DNA from: Stegostoma tigrinum
Taxonomy: Eukaryota
Direction: 5' to 3'
Assembly (NCBI RefSeq): GCF_030684315.1
Contig: NC_081387.1
Span: 20,208,678-20,272,677, forward strand
DNA: 64,000 nucleotides
In this document: positions 24,590 to 36,152 of the stretch, piece by piece
Layout: every line of letters starts with the position of its first letter
How positions within the stretch are numbered: position 1 is the first letter of the stretch
Notes under the pieces: generated by a model
Databases searched by the model: none
Seen by the model: the letters and a program-made list of their open reading frames with translations, nothing else
Told to the model about the DNA's origin: nothing
Made by a program: the position numbers and the translations under genes

Positions 24590-25443
24590 TGTTTTGACCC
24601 CCAGCTGATAGCACTATTAACCAAGTCAGATCCCAGCTGGCTTGGTTTGTCTTACGTTTATGTTTTGTAGTTGCTTAACATGGCGATTAGTCAGGAATTG
24701 AAGATGTCGATTTTATCAACAACAGAATGGAGATTTACTAAACAAAAGATAAAACAAACAAAGCTATAACATCACAGCAAATTTTCAAACTTCCCTATCC
24801 AACAGAGACTCGTTCCCAGAGAAATGTTACTGTATGACAGCCTTCCAATTTTAATTAATAGATGCTTTCCAGCTTATTTCCCTTGAACCCAACAATTTTT
24901 ACATAACTTGCTGACAAGAATCACCCACAATTCTGATAGCCAAATGTTTTTTTTTATCTGTAAGAACTGGAGGACCTATTTCCAAGCTCTGTTGGATTGG
25001 AAACTCCACATATCAGAAACCAAATCCGCTGAGATGACTTGTCTCCCTGAGTTGAACTAAAAATATATGGGAACGACTGTTAATAGAAAATTAGTTGCCT
25101 TCGTCATTTTCTGGACTGAATTCAGTTTTATTCAGAACAAACAGTGTCAACTTACTGTTATGATACCAAAATTAAGCAAATTGCTATTATGTATTTACCC
25201 TGCCTGTCATAAACCCACAGAAGGCACATTAACACGACAGAACTTCTCTTACATACTCCTTTCCAATCACGTATCTTCTCGGAACTGATGTTTTAGGCCA
25301 CTATTCCAAATTGACAGTGCAACTTTAAAAACAATCGTTCAATCCTTCACAGAACAGACTCACATCCATCTGCCTTTGTTTATAAATTCTAAAAGAAAGG
25401 CGCAATATATGTGTAAAATATATTTCATGTATGTTCCACCACA
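24590..25443 (-). mobile_element. Possible Gypsy-type LTR
   Basis: TGT...ACA-bounded segment followed by C-rich PPT-like remnant; no clear TSD. Confidence 0.3.
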
Positions 25444-25842
25444 CCACCTCACAAACAAAAATGGAACTGAATTCTTAAGAGGTCTTTTCATTTTCTACTA
25501 ACACATTACACTTAACAAGGTTTCCATTGTGTGTCAAAAGTATTCTTATATTTACATAAACTATATATTGATTTTCGATATGGACATATCCTACACAAGT
25601 CCCTTTATGCCCTGAATATTTAATAATTTTGGAATGGTATTAGTGTTTTCTAATGAAGACTAATGGAAAATATTTATTTAGGAACTCTGCCTGCTCTATA
25701 AATTCGTCCTTTACAGCTTCCTACACTTTGAATATCTTTAAATATTCACTTTCATGTTCAGACCAGTATGCAGCCATGTTTCCACATTGGCATGCATTGA
25801 AAAATGTGACCATGTAATACCGGCCAAATGAATTATTTTCAT

Positions 25843-26172
25843 TGAGTTCATACAGTGTGGAAGCAGGCCATTCAGCTCATCGAGTCCACATCAGCCGTCT
25901 AAAGAGCATGATAGCCAAACCCACCCCCGAACTTTACCTCTGCATTTTCCATGTCTAATCTACTTAGCCCGCACTTTCCTGAACACTGTGCACAATTGTT
26001 CATGGCCAATCTACCTAACACACACATATTTGTACCGTAGGAGTAAACGGTACCGCTCAGAGGAATGCACAGGGAGAATTTAGAAACTCGACACAGCCAG
26101 TCACCCAAGGGTGGAAATGAAGCCAGGTTCCTCATGTGGTGAGACAGCACTGTCAACCACGAAGCCACTGTG
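25843..26172 (-). mobile_element. tRNA-derived SINE (HE1/V-SINE type), older copy
   Basis: Colinear similarity to 23191-23495. Confidence 0.75.
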
Positions 26173-26834
26173 CTATAACGTGCAATTCCCTAATAGCTAT
26201 ACGATCTGTCACTGGAATTTTAGGAACCACTCTGAGAAATTTATAATCATGCTCAGATGTTTCTATTACTTCATAGACACTGCAAATTCTCCATTGGATC
26301 TATTTGAGGTGGTCTCTATTTACTCAGCAATTTAAATAAAATATTCAGGTGTAGAATATAGGCTGATCATGTTATCCTCATTCTCTTTGCCTCCATACTG
26401 GTTGTTTATCGTGCTTTGTAACTGAATTTGACAATCATCTCCCTTTTTTGTATGTATCCGCTCTTCCTTTCTAATTTTGTGCTTTGAGATTTAGTCATAA
26501 CACAGTCAGGAAACAACCCATGAAATTATTCGTATTTCAAGTCAGTTTATTTTGTCCCTACTGTTTGCTTCTCCACTATTGGTGAGGACAACATTTTTGA
26601 ACCAAACAGTACATTAATCAAGATAGAAATCAATTCCTGCTAATGGATGTTTTGCGCTACTCCAAGTATAACGTCTCCATTGACTGAGTCGTGCATTAAT
26701 GCAACAATATTCAATGGCACCAGTTTTTAACCTTCATGTATACCTTAAATTCATGCTTTCTGTTTCATCAACTTCTCGACCAATTGTATAATCAGTCAAT
26801 ATCAGTGACTGACTTCTTAAAGTGTTTCTCAACA

Positions 26835-27152
26835 GGGCAGCACGATGTCACAGCGGTTGGTACTGCTGCCTCATAGCGCCAGGGACCTGGATTTGTTATC
26901 AGCCTCGGGCGACTGTCTGTGTGGAGTTTGCACATTCTCCCCGTGTCTGTGTAGGTATCTTCCAGGTGTTCTGGTTTTCTCCCACCGTCCAAAGATGTGC
27001 AGGCTAGGTGGATTGGCCATGCTAAATTGCCCGTAGTGTTCAGGGAGGTGTATCTTAGGTCGGTTACAGGGAGATGGGTCTGGGTGGGATGCCCTAAGGT
27101 TCGATGTGGACTTGTTGGGCAGAAGGACCTAGTTACACGTTGTAGGGATTCA
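26835..27152 (+). mobile_element. tRNA-derived SINE (HE1/V-SINE type)
   Basis: GGGCAGCACG... tRNA-like head, conserved core GTGGAGTTTGCACATTCTCCCCGTGTCTG, CR1-like tail. Confidence 0.85.
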
Positions 27153-27261
27153 GTGTTCAGTGTTCAATATCTTTATTTCTTCACATCCCTAACCTGAAAA
27201 ATACTGAAAAAAATTGTCCTTTAGAAGCAACATTTTCAGAATCTCCAAGGGTCTGATTTTG

Positions 27262-28995
27262 TTACAGTCATCCAGTCCTACAGTACAGAGACAGGCCACT
27301 CATCCCAAACATGTCCTTGGCAGCCAAAATGTCCATTTCACTAACCCAATTTCTCTACATTTGGCCCATTTCCTTCTAAACCATTCCTACCTGTGTATTC
27401 GTCCAAATGCCTTTTAAATGTTGCTAATGTACTGCCTCAGCCACTTCTGTTGGCAGTTCATTCCATGTGCATACCAGTGTCTGTGTAAAACAGTTGTCTC
27501 TTGGGTTTCCATGTATTTTTTCCCCTCATATCTTAAACTGCTGCACGCTATTCCTCAATTCCTGAGCCCTGCGGAAAAAACTGAGTGCATTCACCCTATC
27601 CATGCCTGTCATGATCTTATAAACTTCTACAAGACCCCCATCCCCTAAGTCTCCTATGGTCTAAAGACAAAAGTCCTCGCTTGTCCAGCATCTCTGCATA
27701 ACTCAGTCTCTTGAGTACTGGCAGCATGCTTGTAAATTTCTTCCACACTCTTTCCAGTTTAATATCATCCGTCCTATAGCAAGGTGATCACAACAGAGTA
27801 CAATACTCCAAATGTGGTCTCACCTGTGTCTTATACAACTGCAATATAGCTTCTCAACTTCTATACTCAGTGCCCCGACTGATGAAAGGCAGTGTGTCAA
27901 AAGACTTCTTCACTATCCTGTCTATCTGTGTTTCCACTTTCAGAGAACTGTGCACCTGAACTCCAAGGTTGCCTGTTCTACTTTTTAAGGCCCTACCATT
28001 CACAATGAAACTCCTAACTTGATATGGCTTTCCAAACTGCAACACCTCACACTTTTGTATATTAAACTCCATTTACCAATTCTCGGCCCACTTTCTTAGC
28101 TGATTACGATTCAGCTGCAATTTCTGGTAACCTTCCCAACTGCCCACAAAACAGTCTATTTTAATGTCATGTGCAAATTTCGTAATCATGCCTTGTACAT
28201 TTTCATCCAAATCATTGATATAGATAACAAACAGCGATGGGCCCAGCACCAATCCCTGAGGCACACCACTAATCACAGACCTCCAAACCAATAAGCATCT
28301 TTTCTCTGTCAGTCTTTGCTCCGTACCATCAAGCCACTTGTGTAATAAATTTTTCAGCTCTTCTGGGATCCATGCGATCTAACTTTCCAGAGTAGCCTAC
28401 CATGTAGAACATTGTCAAAAGACTTACCGAAATCCATATAGACTACATCTTTCACCCTATCCTTATCAACCTTCCTGTTCACTTAATCAAAGGACCCTAA
28501 CAAATTTTGAGACATGATCTCCCATGCACGAAGCTATGCTGATTACTTCTAACCAAACCCTGCCTTTCCAAATGCATGTACATTTTACCCCTCAAAACTT
28601 CTCAAGTAATTTGCCTATCACAGATGTTAGGATTACTGGTGCATAATTCCTAGGTTTCTCCTTGCAGCCCTTCTTGAATAAGAACACTACCCCCCAGTTT
28701 TCGAGGACCTCACCCATGGCTAACGATGATGCACTATATCAACCAGGACCTCTGCAAATTCTTCTTTAGGCCCTTGCAGGGTTCTTGGATATATCTGGTC
28801 AGGACCAGGAGTTTTATCCACCTTCATGCATTCTAATACTTCCAACACCTCCTCTACTGTGATATGCACTGTCACCAAGCTATTGCCACTAACTTCACCC
28901 ACCTCCCACCTTCCCAAGTCTTCACATCTTTCTCCACAGCAAACACAGAGGACAAAATATGCATTGAGGACCTCACCCATCTCCTGTGGTTCCAC
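27262..28995 (-). mobile_element. 5'-truncated CR1 LINE (RT)
   Basis: SGVPQGLVLGPSLFVIYINDLDE...KFAHD (28073-28291), MEFNIQKC (27854-28072), KTPGPDQIYPR (28720-28995). Confidence 0.9.
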
Positions 28996-30149
28996 ACATG
29001 CATGTCCAATTCAAAATTCAAAAGTGATTTTAAAATTGGAATACATTTTTTAATTGAAAAACAAGCTGCATGCAGGACTACGGGTGAAGGGTTTGAGACA
29101 GTGGAATGCTGTTAATTAGGATGTCCTTTCAAAGAAGAAGAAATTACAAGTTTTGTTGACTGCTGCACTGCTACATAATGCTCTAGGTGTTAATTTCCGC
29201 CTGTGGTTCGCTTAATAATAATTCTGCTCATAATTTGGCTCATGTTATGTTTAAAATTGTGGGCTATGCAACTCAGCTGCCATCAGTAGTTGAGCAAAAC
29301 AGAACAGTTAAGTCCAGTGTTTTCGATCAAGAATACGGTCATAAATTAATGCGTAAATTAACCACTTCTTACCTACCTCAATAGAGTATTTTCATTTCGT
29401 CAAGTGCTGACTATACGAAAGATAAAATATAGAACGTAAGACGTACAAGCTATGAACGAGTTTTGTTTTCTTGACCTGCCGTGCAGTTAGTCTATTCAAT
29501 GCAATGCAGCTTATCTGTATGGCAATGCAAGAAGGAAGGGAAGTTCCACTCATTGTTCAGTTCGCACTCATACCTTCACATGATAATCAATCACCCTTCG
29601 TTTAGGCACTCACCAAAGCGAGCAATGTTGGCTATAGCTTTAGTGAAATATGTGTGTTTCTTTAATTATAATTAATCCTACAATACAGTAATACGTGAGA
29701 AGTAGCTTTGAGTATCTTTATCGTCCTGCATTTTATGTTGTTAAAGTCTGCCGTCATATGACTTTCAGTTTAAAACCTGACCGCATTTTATACCTCTTTA
29801 CTTCTGAGTACAGAACCTGCAATGTGTTTCTTCCCTCTTGTGTGTTTCAACGTGTCTTTCCATTGCTAAAATCCAAAGTAGTGAGACCTGTGGACTCTCA
29901 TCCTACGTAAATGATGGAACTAGGTAATACCAAGTGTGGACTTTTAAGACAGATATCGCACGAGTTGAATTTCTTAAGTATTAATGCATTTACAAGGATT
30001 TTCCAAGCAGGAAACTGTACAGGAGGTCATAAAGTAGATTTTCATGTTTTAAAATTGTTTCCCTCAGGTATCGGTATGTGGACTGGGCTTCACGTATATC
30101 TTGCCATCTGACAGCGTCGCTTCCCTTCCAGCCAAGCTCGTTAATTTCG

Positions 30150-30225
30150 TTGACGCCTCACTTCCTGTCAGCTGTAAACCGATCAATTCAGCGGTAAGCT
30201 TCAAAACCACGTTGCAAATTTACCA
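30150..30225 (+). promoter_or_regulatory. Candidate lymphoid-type proximal promoter module of the NCR3-like gene
   Basis: ETS ACTTCCTG (30160-30167) adjacent to E-box CAGCTG (30169-30174), RUNX-like AACCAC (30205-30210), 140-200 nt upstream of ATG. Confidence 0.3.
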
Positions 30226-30359
30226 GCAACCTGGGGTTCAATCTGCACCATTACTTGGTGTAAAAGCTCGATATTGTATCACTCTAAAGGCTGATCTTAT
30301 CTTGCGCTGCAGTTCGGACTAACGACATTTATTTTCCTGTTTAAACTCAGTTCATAACA

Positions 30360-30420
30360 ATGGTGACAGAACGGTGGTCAACAGCTGCTCTCTTCGTTCT
30401 CATTTCAATTTCTCTATCAG
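30360..30420 (+). CDS. Exon 1: signal peptide MVTERWSTAALFVLISISLS
   Basis: ACAATGG Kozak context, hydrophobic core, CAG|GTAAAT phase-1 donor typical of IgSF leaders. Confidence 0.75.
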
Positions 30421-33048
30421 GTAAATGCATAGTAACGCTCTAACTGTAGTTAATTATAAGAAAGGAATGTATCATTAATTATACCAAGTGGGCGATTACG
30501 TGTATTTCTGAAACCATAGCTTAATAAGTTGCCATATTGCTTCAAGCAGACGCAGAACCAAATATCACTTCCAAAATTGGATGAAGCTTTTGTTCAATTA
30601 CTCAAAACATTCAATTATTGCATTTAGCTTCAAGACGTGTTTGAGCTCCAGCACTGAAAATCACTCAAGTAAAAGCGCCTCTGTCGATAATATTGCATTA
30701 TAACCAAATACGGGCGCCTTCTGGTAACAATTTATATTGACATCATTCTGTGAATGCGCTGCTACATTGACACAGCTGCATTTTTCATGTAAGCAGTGAT
30801 TAAATACCTGTAAGCATCTTATCTCCATCTCACTAATATATTTCCTATTTGTTTTGCTAAATAGCTACTTCTCTGAGTTACCAAACTTCAACTACCAAAC
30901 AGAATTTCAGTAAACAAATTAGTAGATCGGTGGTCTCCAAAAATCAAAGGTTACCTTCAACTTAATAACTGCAGACCATTTAGCTAAGCTACCCACAGTA
31001 TTCCCACTGTGGATTTCTGGGCGTCGTGAATCCTAACTCTTGATAGGACGCTTTTCACATTTTGTTTGAAACCTATTATTCATCCTTTTTATGCTACTTG
31101 TGCTAGAAGCATATGTGTAACTTTTAATGAGTGCCAAGGATAATTTAGTTAGCCCTATATTTCATTATTTCCTTGCTGCTTCTGATTAGCTAGACTTCAG
31201 CTGGAGAACTAATTCATTCCTAGGCAAAACACTTTAGGGAGGATGTGAATGCATTAGATGGAGTGCAAAAGAGGTTTACGAAAGTAGCTCCCTGGGTGAG
31301 TAGCTTGAATTATTTAGATGGAAAGTAGAAATTGGAACTGTTCACTTTGTAGTTGAAAAGCCTGACTGGAGATTTGATGGAAGCTTTTTGATCACAGTAG
31401 ATAGGGTGAAACTATTCTTCCTAAAAGTGACCAGAATTTAAGGAAGTAGATGTAAATACATTTTCAAAAGGAACAAATGTGGGAGGAGAAATGAACGTTT
31501 CCATGCAGTGTATAAAACAAATTATAGCAAAAGGTGGAAATCTGAAATAAAAGAACAGAAAGCCAGAGAAATCAACTAGTCTAGCAGCGGATTCCTTTTA
31601 CTGACACTGAAAAACGAAAGCTTAGTGTTCTGAAGAAAAGTCACTTAGGGCTGGAAATGGTCGATTTTTCTATCCATTGATGCTGCCAGATCTGCTGAGT
31701 TTCTGCAGCAATTGCTGTTTAACCTTCACGCAGTGAATGCACAGATCTGGGAAGTGCAGCTTGAACTCATGGCGTAGGAAGGTTCAACCGAGACATTGGA
31801 ACAGATATTATATGATTATTTGAATAGAAACAATGAGCAAGGTTACTGGAAAGCAGCAGAATGACAATTCATCCTGCTCATTCAAGGAGACAGTGCACAC
31901 ATGGTAGGCTGAATCGCCTTCTTCTGCACTGTAGTAATTCATGTTGTGTAAATCCCCTGTAATGAATAGACGCCAAATCAGTCAATTATTTTATTATTTG
32001 GAATTGATCTAGCAAATCATTCTTCAGATCTTCTTGTTAAAAATGCCCCATAGTTACCAATATTAGCACTTACGTATGATTGCCCTTAAATGACGGATGA
32101 ACCTTGCTGCCGTTCCCCATGGCAATGCTGAGTACTGGATATTCAGCTCGATCCAGTGACAAAAAGACAACATGCAGCACAGTAGAAATAGACTCACTCA
32201 TAGGATTAAATACAATCTGAAAATGATCAAGCTGTATTCATTCATTTTTCTATCCGATATGCAGCAAATGGGGAGATGTAACTTACACAAATGATTGTTG
32301 CAAAGTATTCTGGAAATTGGAAGGTACAGCATAATATTTACTAACAATCTTTTAATCCAACTTAGCTTTTAGACGTGGCACAATTGTCTGTGTATATTTC
32401 TGCTATTACAATTGCAAATTTGCTAAAAATATTAAAATTAAAATATTGTTGAGGACTAATTTCAAAATATCGGACCATTTGAAGTTGATCTGAACATTTA
32501 CAGTAACTGCCAGGTATCAGAAATAACGTGATTGTATCACTGGTGATGTTCTGCAAACACTGATTTATTTTACAAAAATCCATTTATAATAATACTAATG
32601 CTCAGAAACTTTTCCCAGGGATTTTTATTTTCTTTGGAGTCAGATACGTTATTTGTTGCGGGTCAAAGTCAGAGTAAGATCTATTGTTCATTAGTTGAAC
32701 ACTACAGCATGCAGCTGAAACTCTAAAGTTTTCAGACACTATCCCTATGGATATTAAAGCTTATAGATCAATCCAGGAAATTCAGTAAAAACTGAAACGA
32801 GGCTTTTAATGTGCACAATCATTCAAATGACTTTTCTTGCATATGCCTCATCTAATATATTCGTAAACTGCTATAGCTTTCTTTGAGGTGAGCAGCCGAA
32901 GGAAACATCCATGACGTAAGATAAAATTAGAGCTCAAGGTTACAATTTTTAAAATCTAGGTAGGAAATGGCATTGCTTAATTTAATGACACGATGTAGAA
33001 AAATCTTGGGGAGTGGGGGTTCCACTCGCGCAAACACACACACACACA

Positions 33049-33082
<34 letters not shown>

Positions 33083-36028
33083 AGAAATAATTCATTTACA
33101 TGAAAAGATGCAGCTTATGTTACAAGAGACAGTGTTGCTTGACTTCATTGCCTTAACAGAGGCTTGAAAAGGTTCAAGAGTTCACCAAAATGACGTTCTC
33201 TCCCATCAGTGAATTAGTTTCTTTTGGTAACTTGTTACAATAGACTTGATAAGAACGGTCGACCAGATCATTCACTATAAATGGAGCAAAAACAGAAGTA
33301 GCCGGAATAGCTCAGCATGTCCGGGAACATCTGTGAAGAAAAAATTCAAGTTAACTTTTCGGGTCCAGTGACTCTCCCTCTGGTAGCTGGTGGCTGGGAA
33401 AACGTCGGTTTGGATGCACTAAATAGGGAGGTGGATGAGATAGGGTGTAAAATTGGCTGGAGCCTGAAGAAAGCAAAGAGCAAAATCAAAGTGCTTTGAG
33501 CTGCTTTAGGACTTATTTGTAGTGAAACAATTTAAAAAATCAATATCTACTCCCTTATCTTCTTTCTTCTAATTCTTTGCATTTCTTTAATCTTTTTTCT
33601 CTCTCATACTTTCTTTCCTGTCTTTCGTCGTTCATATTAATAACTTATTTTGCAATTACTAACAAGACACTTTTGGATTTGGGCAAAGTATGCTCTGAAG
33701 TTGCATGATAAAATATTGAGCTTGAAATTTTAGAAGTGCATATCTTTCAAACCAAGACACAGTGCCTATTCACGGCCAGCGAATGACGACTGAACTGTCA
33801 TCCTGTGTGCTCGCGATATCAACACCGAAGAATTTACTCGCAGCAATGACCAGCAATCACAATGACATAAATCGCTCTAGAGATATTTTTTCTTGCTTTT
33901 TTTTAACAGTAATATTTGGTTACCGCGCTAGCTGTACTTTATACACTTAAGACAATTTGGGCAAAAATGTTCACGTAGTTACTGCCTTCAAATGATCTTA
34001 GAATAGCACGTTCAAACCTTGATTAATAACATTTCAGACAAAAGTCATACTGAGACCATTAAACCAATTTGGCATGGGTACATGGTGCATAATACATTAA
34101 ATTAACCAATTATAATGTCTTTTTCTCTGTTTCTTTGCACAACTAGGCATGGAGGCTGGTGATGTAGTTCAAACTCCCACTTCAATTCATCTAATGGAAG
34201 GCGACAGTGTGATTTTAAACTGCTCCTTTCACATGCAAGGACTGGGTGCCTACAGTTGGAGAAGGGACGACAGTCCCATAAACTTTGAATCACCGAGATA
34301 CAAACAAAGAATTATAAAAGCTGACCATAATGCTTTCAACTCGGGGAATGACGCATCTATTCTAATTATGAATATGACACAATGCGACTCCGGCACTTAT
34401 TACTGTGAGATTGGAATGATGGGGAAACAGAAGAGTACAGGCAACGGAACCGTGGTTACTGTAGAACGGTGTAAGGAACCGAACCATGAGGAATTTTCAA
34501 GTTGTTTTTGGAATTAAAACGTTACCTAATTGTTTCCCCATGCCCTTATCATTCCATTTCTCTGCAACTTTCTTCTGCCTCCGCCTCTGCGTTGCTCACT
34601 CTTGCTGCCCATGAGAATAACACACCTTTATTTCTCTTTTTCTAGCTCCAAAAGTCCACCTCGACTGCATGCTTTTGTGTTTGTTCTCTGTGTTCTTGCC
34701 TCATCCTTCTCAATCGCGGTGCTATTTGTCTTTCTACTTTGCATGTCCATTTATAAATAAATAAATGATTTTTCATCCCTTCCTATAGATGCTTGTGATA
34801 AAGAAAAACATTCAAAAACCTTGTCATTTGAATGGATATGGATTGCAGTGGCAGGAGGCGTCACGTTGCTGGTCACTCTGTCGCTGCTTGTGGTAATCAT
34901 AATTCTTGCTCGACGAAACAAAGGTATTTCATATATTGAAAATGGCAAGAATGTCATGGAATCATAATGCTTTCTATCCCTTGACTCACAGCACCAAAAT
35001 ATCATAATAATATGACAGCTGTTTTGGAATTTTGGTGTCAGTGGTTAATATAATTTCCATTTAGCAATGAATCAAACGTAGGTAGTGCTAATGTTTTCCA
35101 TGGGTTATCTGAACTGCTCTGGTATCCAGGTTACGCAAAGGTATTTTGCCCATGCAGAAGCTGCAGGAAAAAAATGCTTTATTCCAATGATGTCAGGACT
35201 TAGAATCTATGCCTGTCAGGAAAGAATATAGCGGCAAAGTAAACATAAAACAGGGATAACTTCAAAATTGCGACAATGTTTGATAAGTATAAATTCATAA
35301 AAGATACATATGTTAAATGATAATAATGGGCATTTAATGTGAAATTATTACTGATGATATCAGTATTTAATTGTGGAAAAGCAATTTTATCCAGTGTGTA
35401 ACTCGCCACAACAAAGTGTAATTGAGATGACTAGGATAAATACATTTTAGGAGAACTTGCAAAACCGTAAGAGAAACAAGGAATTGATATATAGAACACA
35501 TAACGGAGTTAGATGAGGAAGGGTTTGAATAATCAGAAAATAAATAACAACAGGATGATGTTAGCTTGAATGACCAACTTTTGTGTTCTAATTATGACAC
35601 AACTTTCAGATGTCTGTTTTGCTTTTTCTTGCAACGTCAATATGCCTTAATAAAAATACATGGAACCTGATCCTACTTATACGGAAAAATAACGGGGAAG
35701 AAATGAAATTAAGCAGTAAAAGAGAACGAATTAGTGCTAGCAGACATTGCAGTTCAGACCTTAATGTCACCCAGCAGATTATAACAAGATCAGTAGAGAT
35801 ACATGAATGTTTAACAAATAGATGCATTTTGTCATTGTGCCGTCGTATTAATAAATAACCATTATTCTCCTCTACTATTTTCTTACAGCATACGCATTGC
35901 TTGTCAGGTTAGTCACTCAATAACTTGCTTGTCGGTATATTTTGGTGCTCTGCTTTTCTCTGAATGTTTGTTAAGTATCTTCTTATTCTACAGAGAATGT
36001 TCCTGCTTCGACTCTGCAAAAGAGCCGG
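30360..36028 (+). CDS. NCR3: NKp30/NCR3-like single V-domain type I receptor; join(30360-30420,34147-34470,34789-34923,35889-35907,35994-36028), terminal exon unresolved
   Basis: All five exons have canonical AG/GT and compatible phases (1,1,1,2,1), giving leader-V-stalk/TM-cytoplasmic ORF without stops; V domain aligns by eye with NKp30; one-to-one orthology not established. Confidence 0.8.
31215..31940 (+). mobile_element. Decayed CR1 3' fragment with nested decayed palindromic PLE-derived element (~31530-31722)
   Basis: CR1 RT C-terminus/tail; insert resembles 19926-20160 with GTTCTGAAGA...GAAATGGT. Confidence 0.55.
33034..33082. repeat. (CA)n microsatellite in intron 1
   Basis: ~24 CA units with one TA interruption. 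Confidence 0.95.
33284..33490 (-). mobile_element. Decayed PLE 3' terminal fragment (family of 19926-20160)
   Basis: Colinear with left arm of 19926 element. Confidence 0.55.
34147..34470 (+). CDS. NCR3: Exon 2: germline VJ-type Ig V domain
   Basis: VVQTP..EGDSVILNCSF..W..DSGTYYC..TGNGTVVTVE; B-strand Cys, C-strand Trp, DxGxYxC, J-like GxGTxVxV; CTAG acceptor, GTAAGG donor. Confidence 0.92.
34789..34923 (+). CDS. Exon 3: stalk + transmembrane (YACDKEKHSKTLSFEWIWIAVAGGVTLLVTLSLLVVIIILARRNK)
   Basis: TCCTATAG acceptor, AAG|GTATTT donor, 135 nt phase1-1; hydrophobic helix followed by RRNK. Confidence 0.88.
35889..35907 (+). CDS. Exon 4: 19-nt cytoplasmic micro-exon (AYALLVR)
   Basis: Strong polypyrimidine + TTACAG acceptor, CAG|GTTAGT donor. 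Confidence 0.65.
35994..36028 (+). CDS. Exon 5: 35-nt cytoplasmic exon (ECSCFDSAKEP)
   Basis: TTCTACAG acceptor, GG|GTAAGT consensus donor; restores phase 1 together with exon 4. Confidence 0.65.
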
Positions 36029-36105
36029 GTAAGTGATATCCATCATTATTTGGTTCGCTCAAAACTCTGTCAACAACTGCATGAAAATAACGATTCCGCC
36101 CGCGC

Positions 36106-36107
<2 letters not shown>

Positions 36108-36146
<39 letters not shown>
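36108..36146. repeat. (TG)n microsatellite in intron 5
   Basis: ~19 TG units. Confidence 0.95.

Positions 36147-36152
<6 letters not shown>

Noticed and set aside
26835-26910. tRNA gene
   Set aside because: tRNA-like head of a SINE, continuous with SINE core and LINE-derived tail; same for the other copies
33758-33800. RSS heptamer CACAGTG upstream of the V exon
   Set aside because: No nonamer at 12- or 23-bp spacing, and wrong position relative to the V exon
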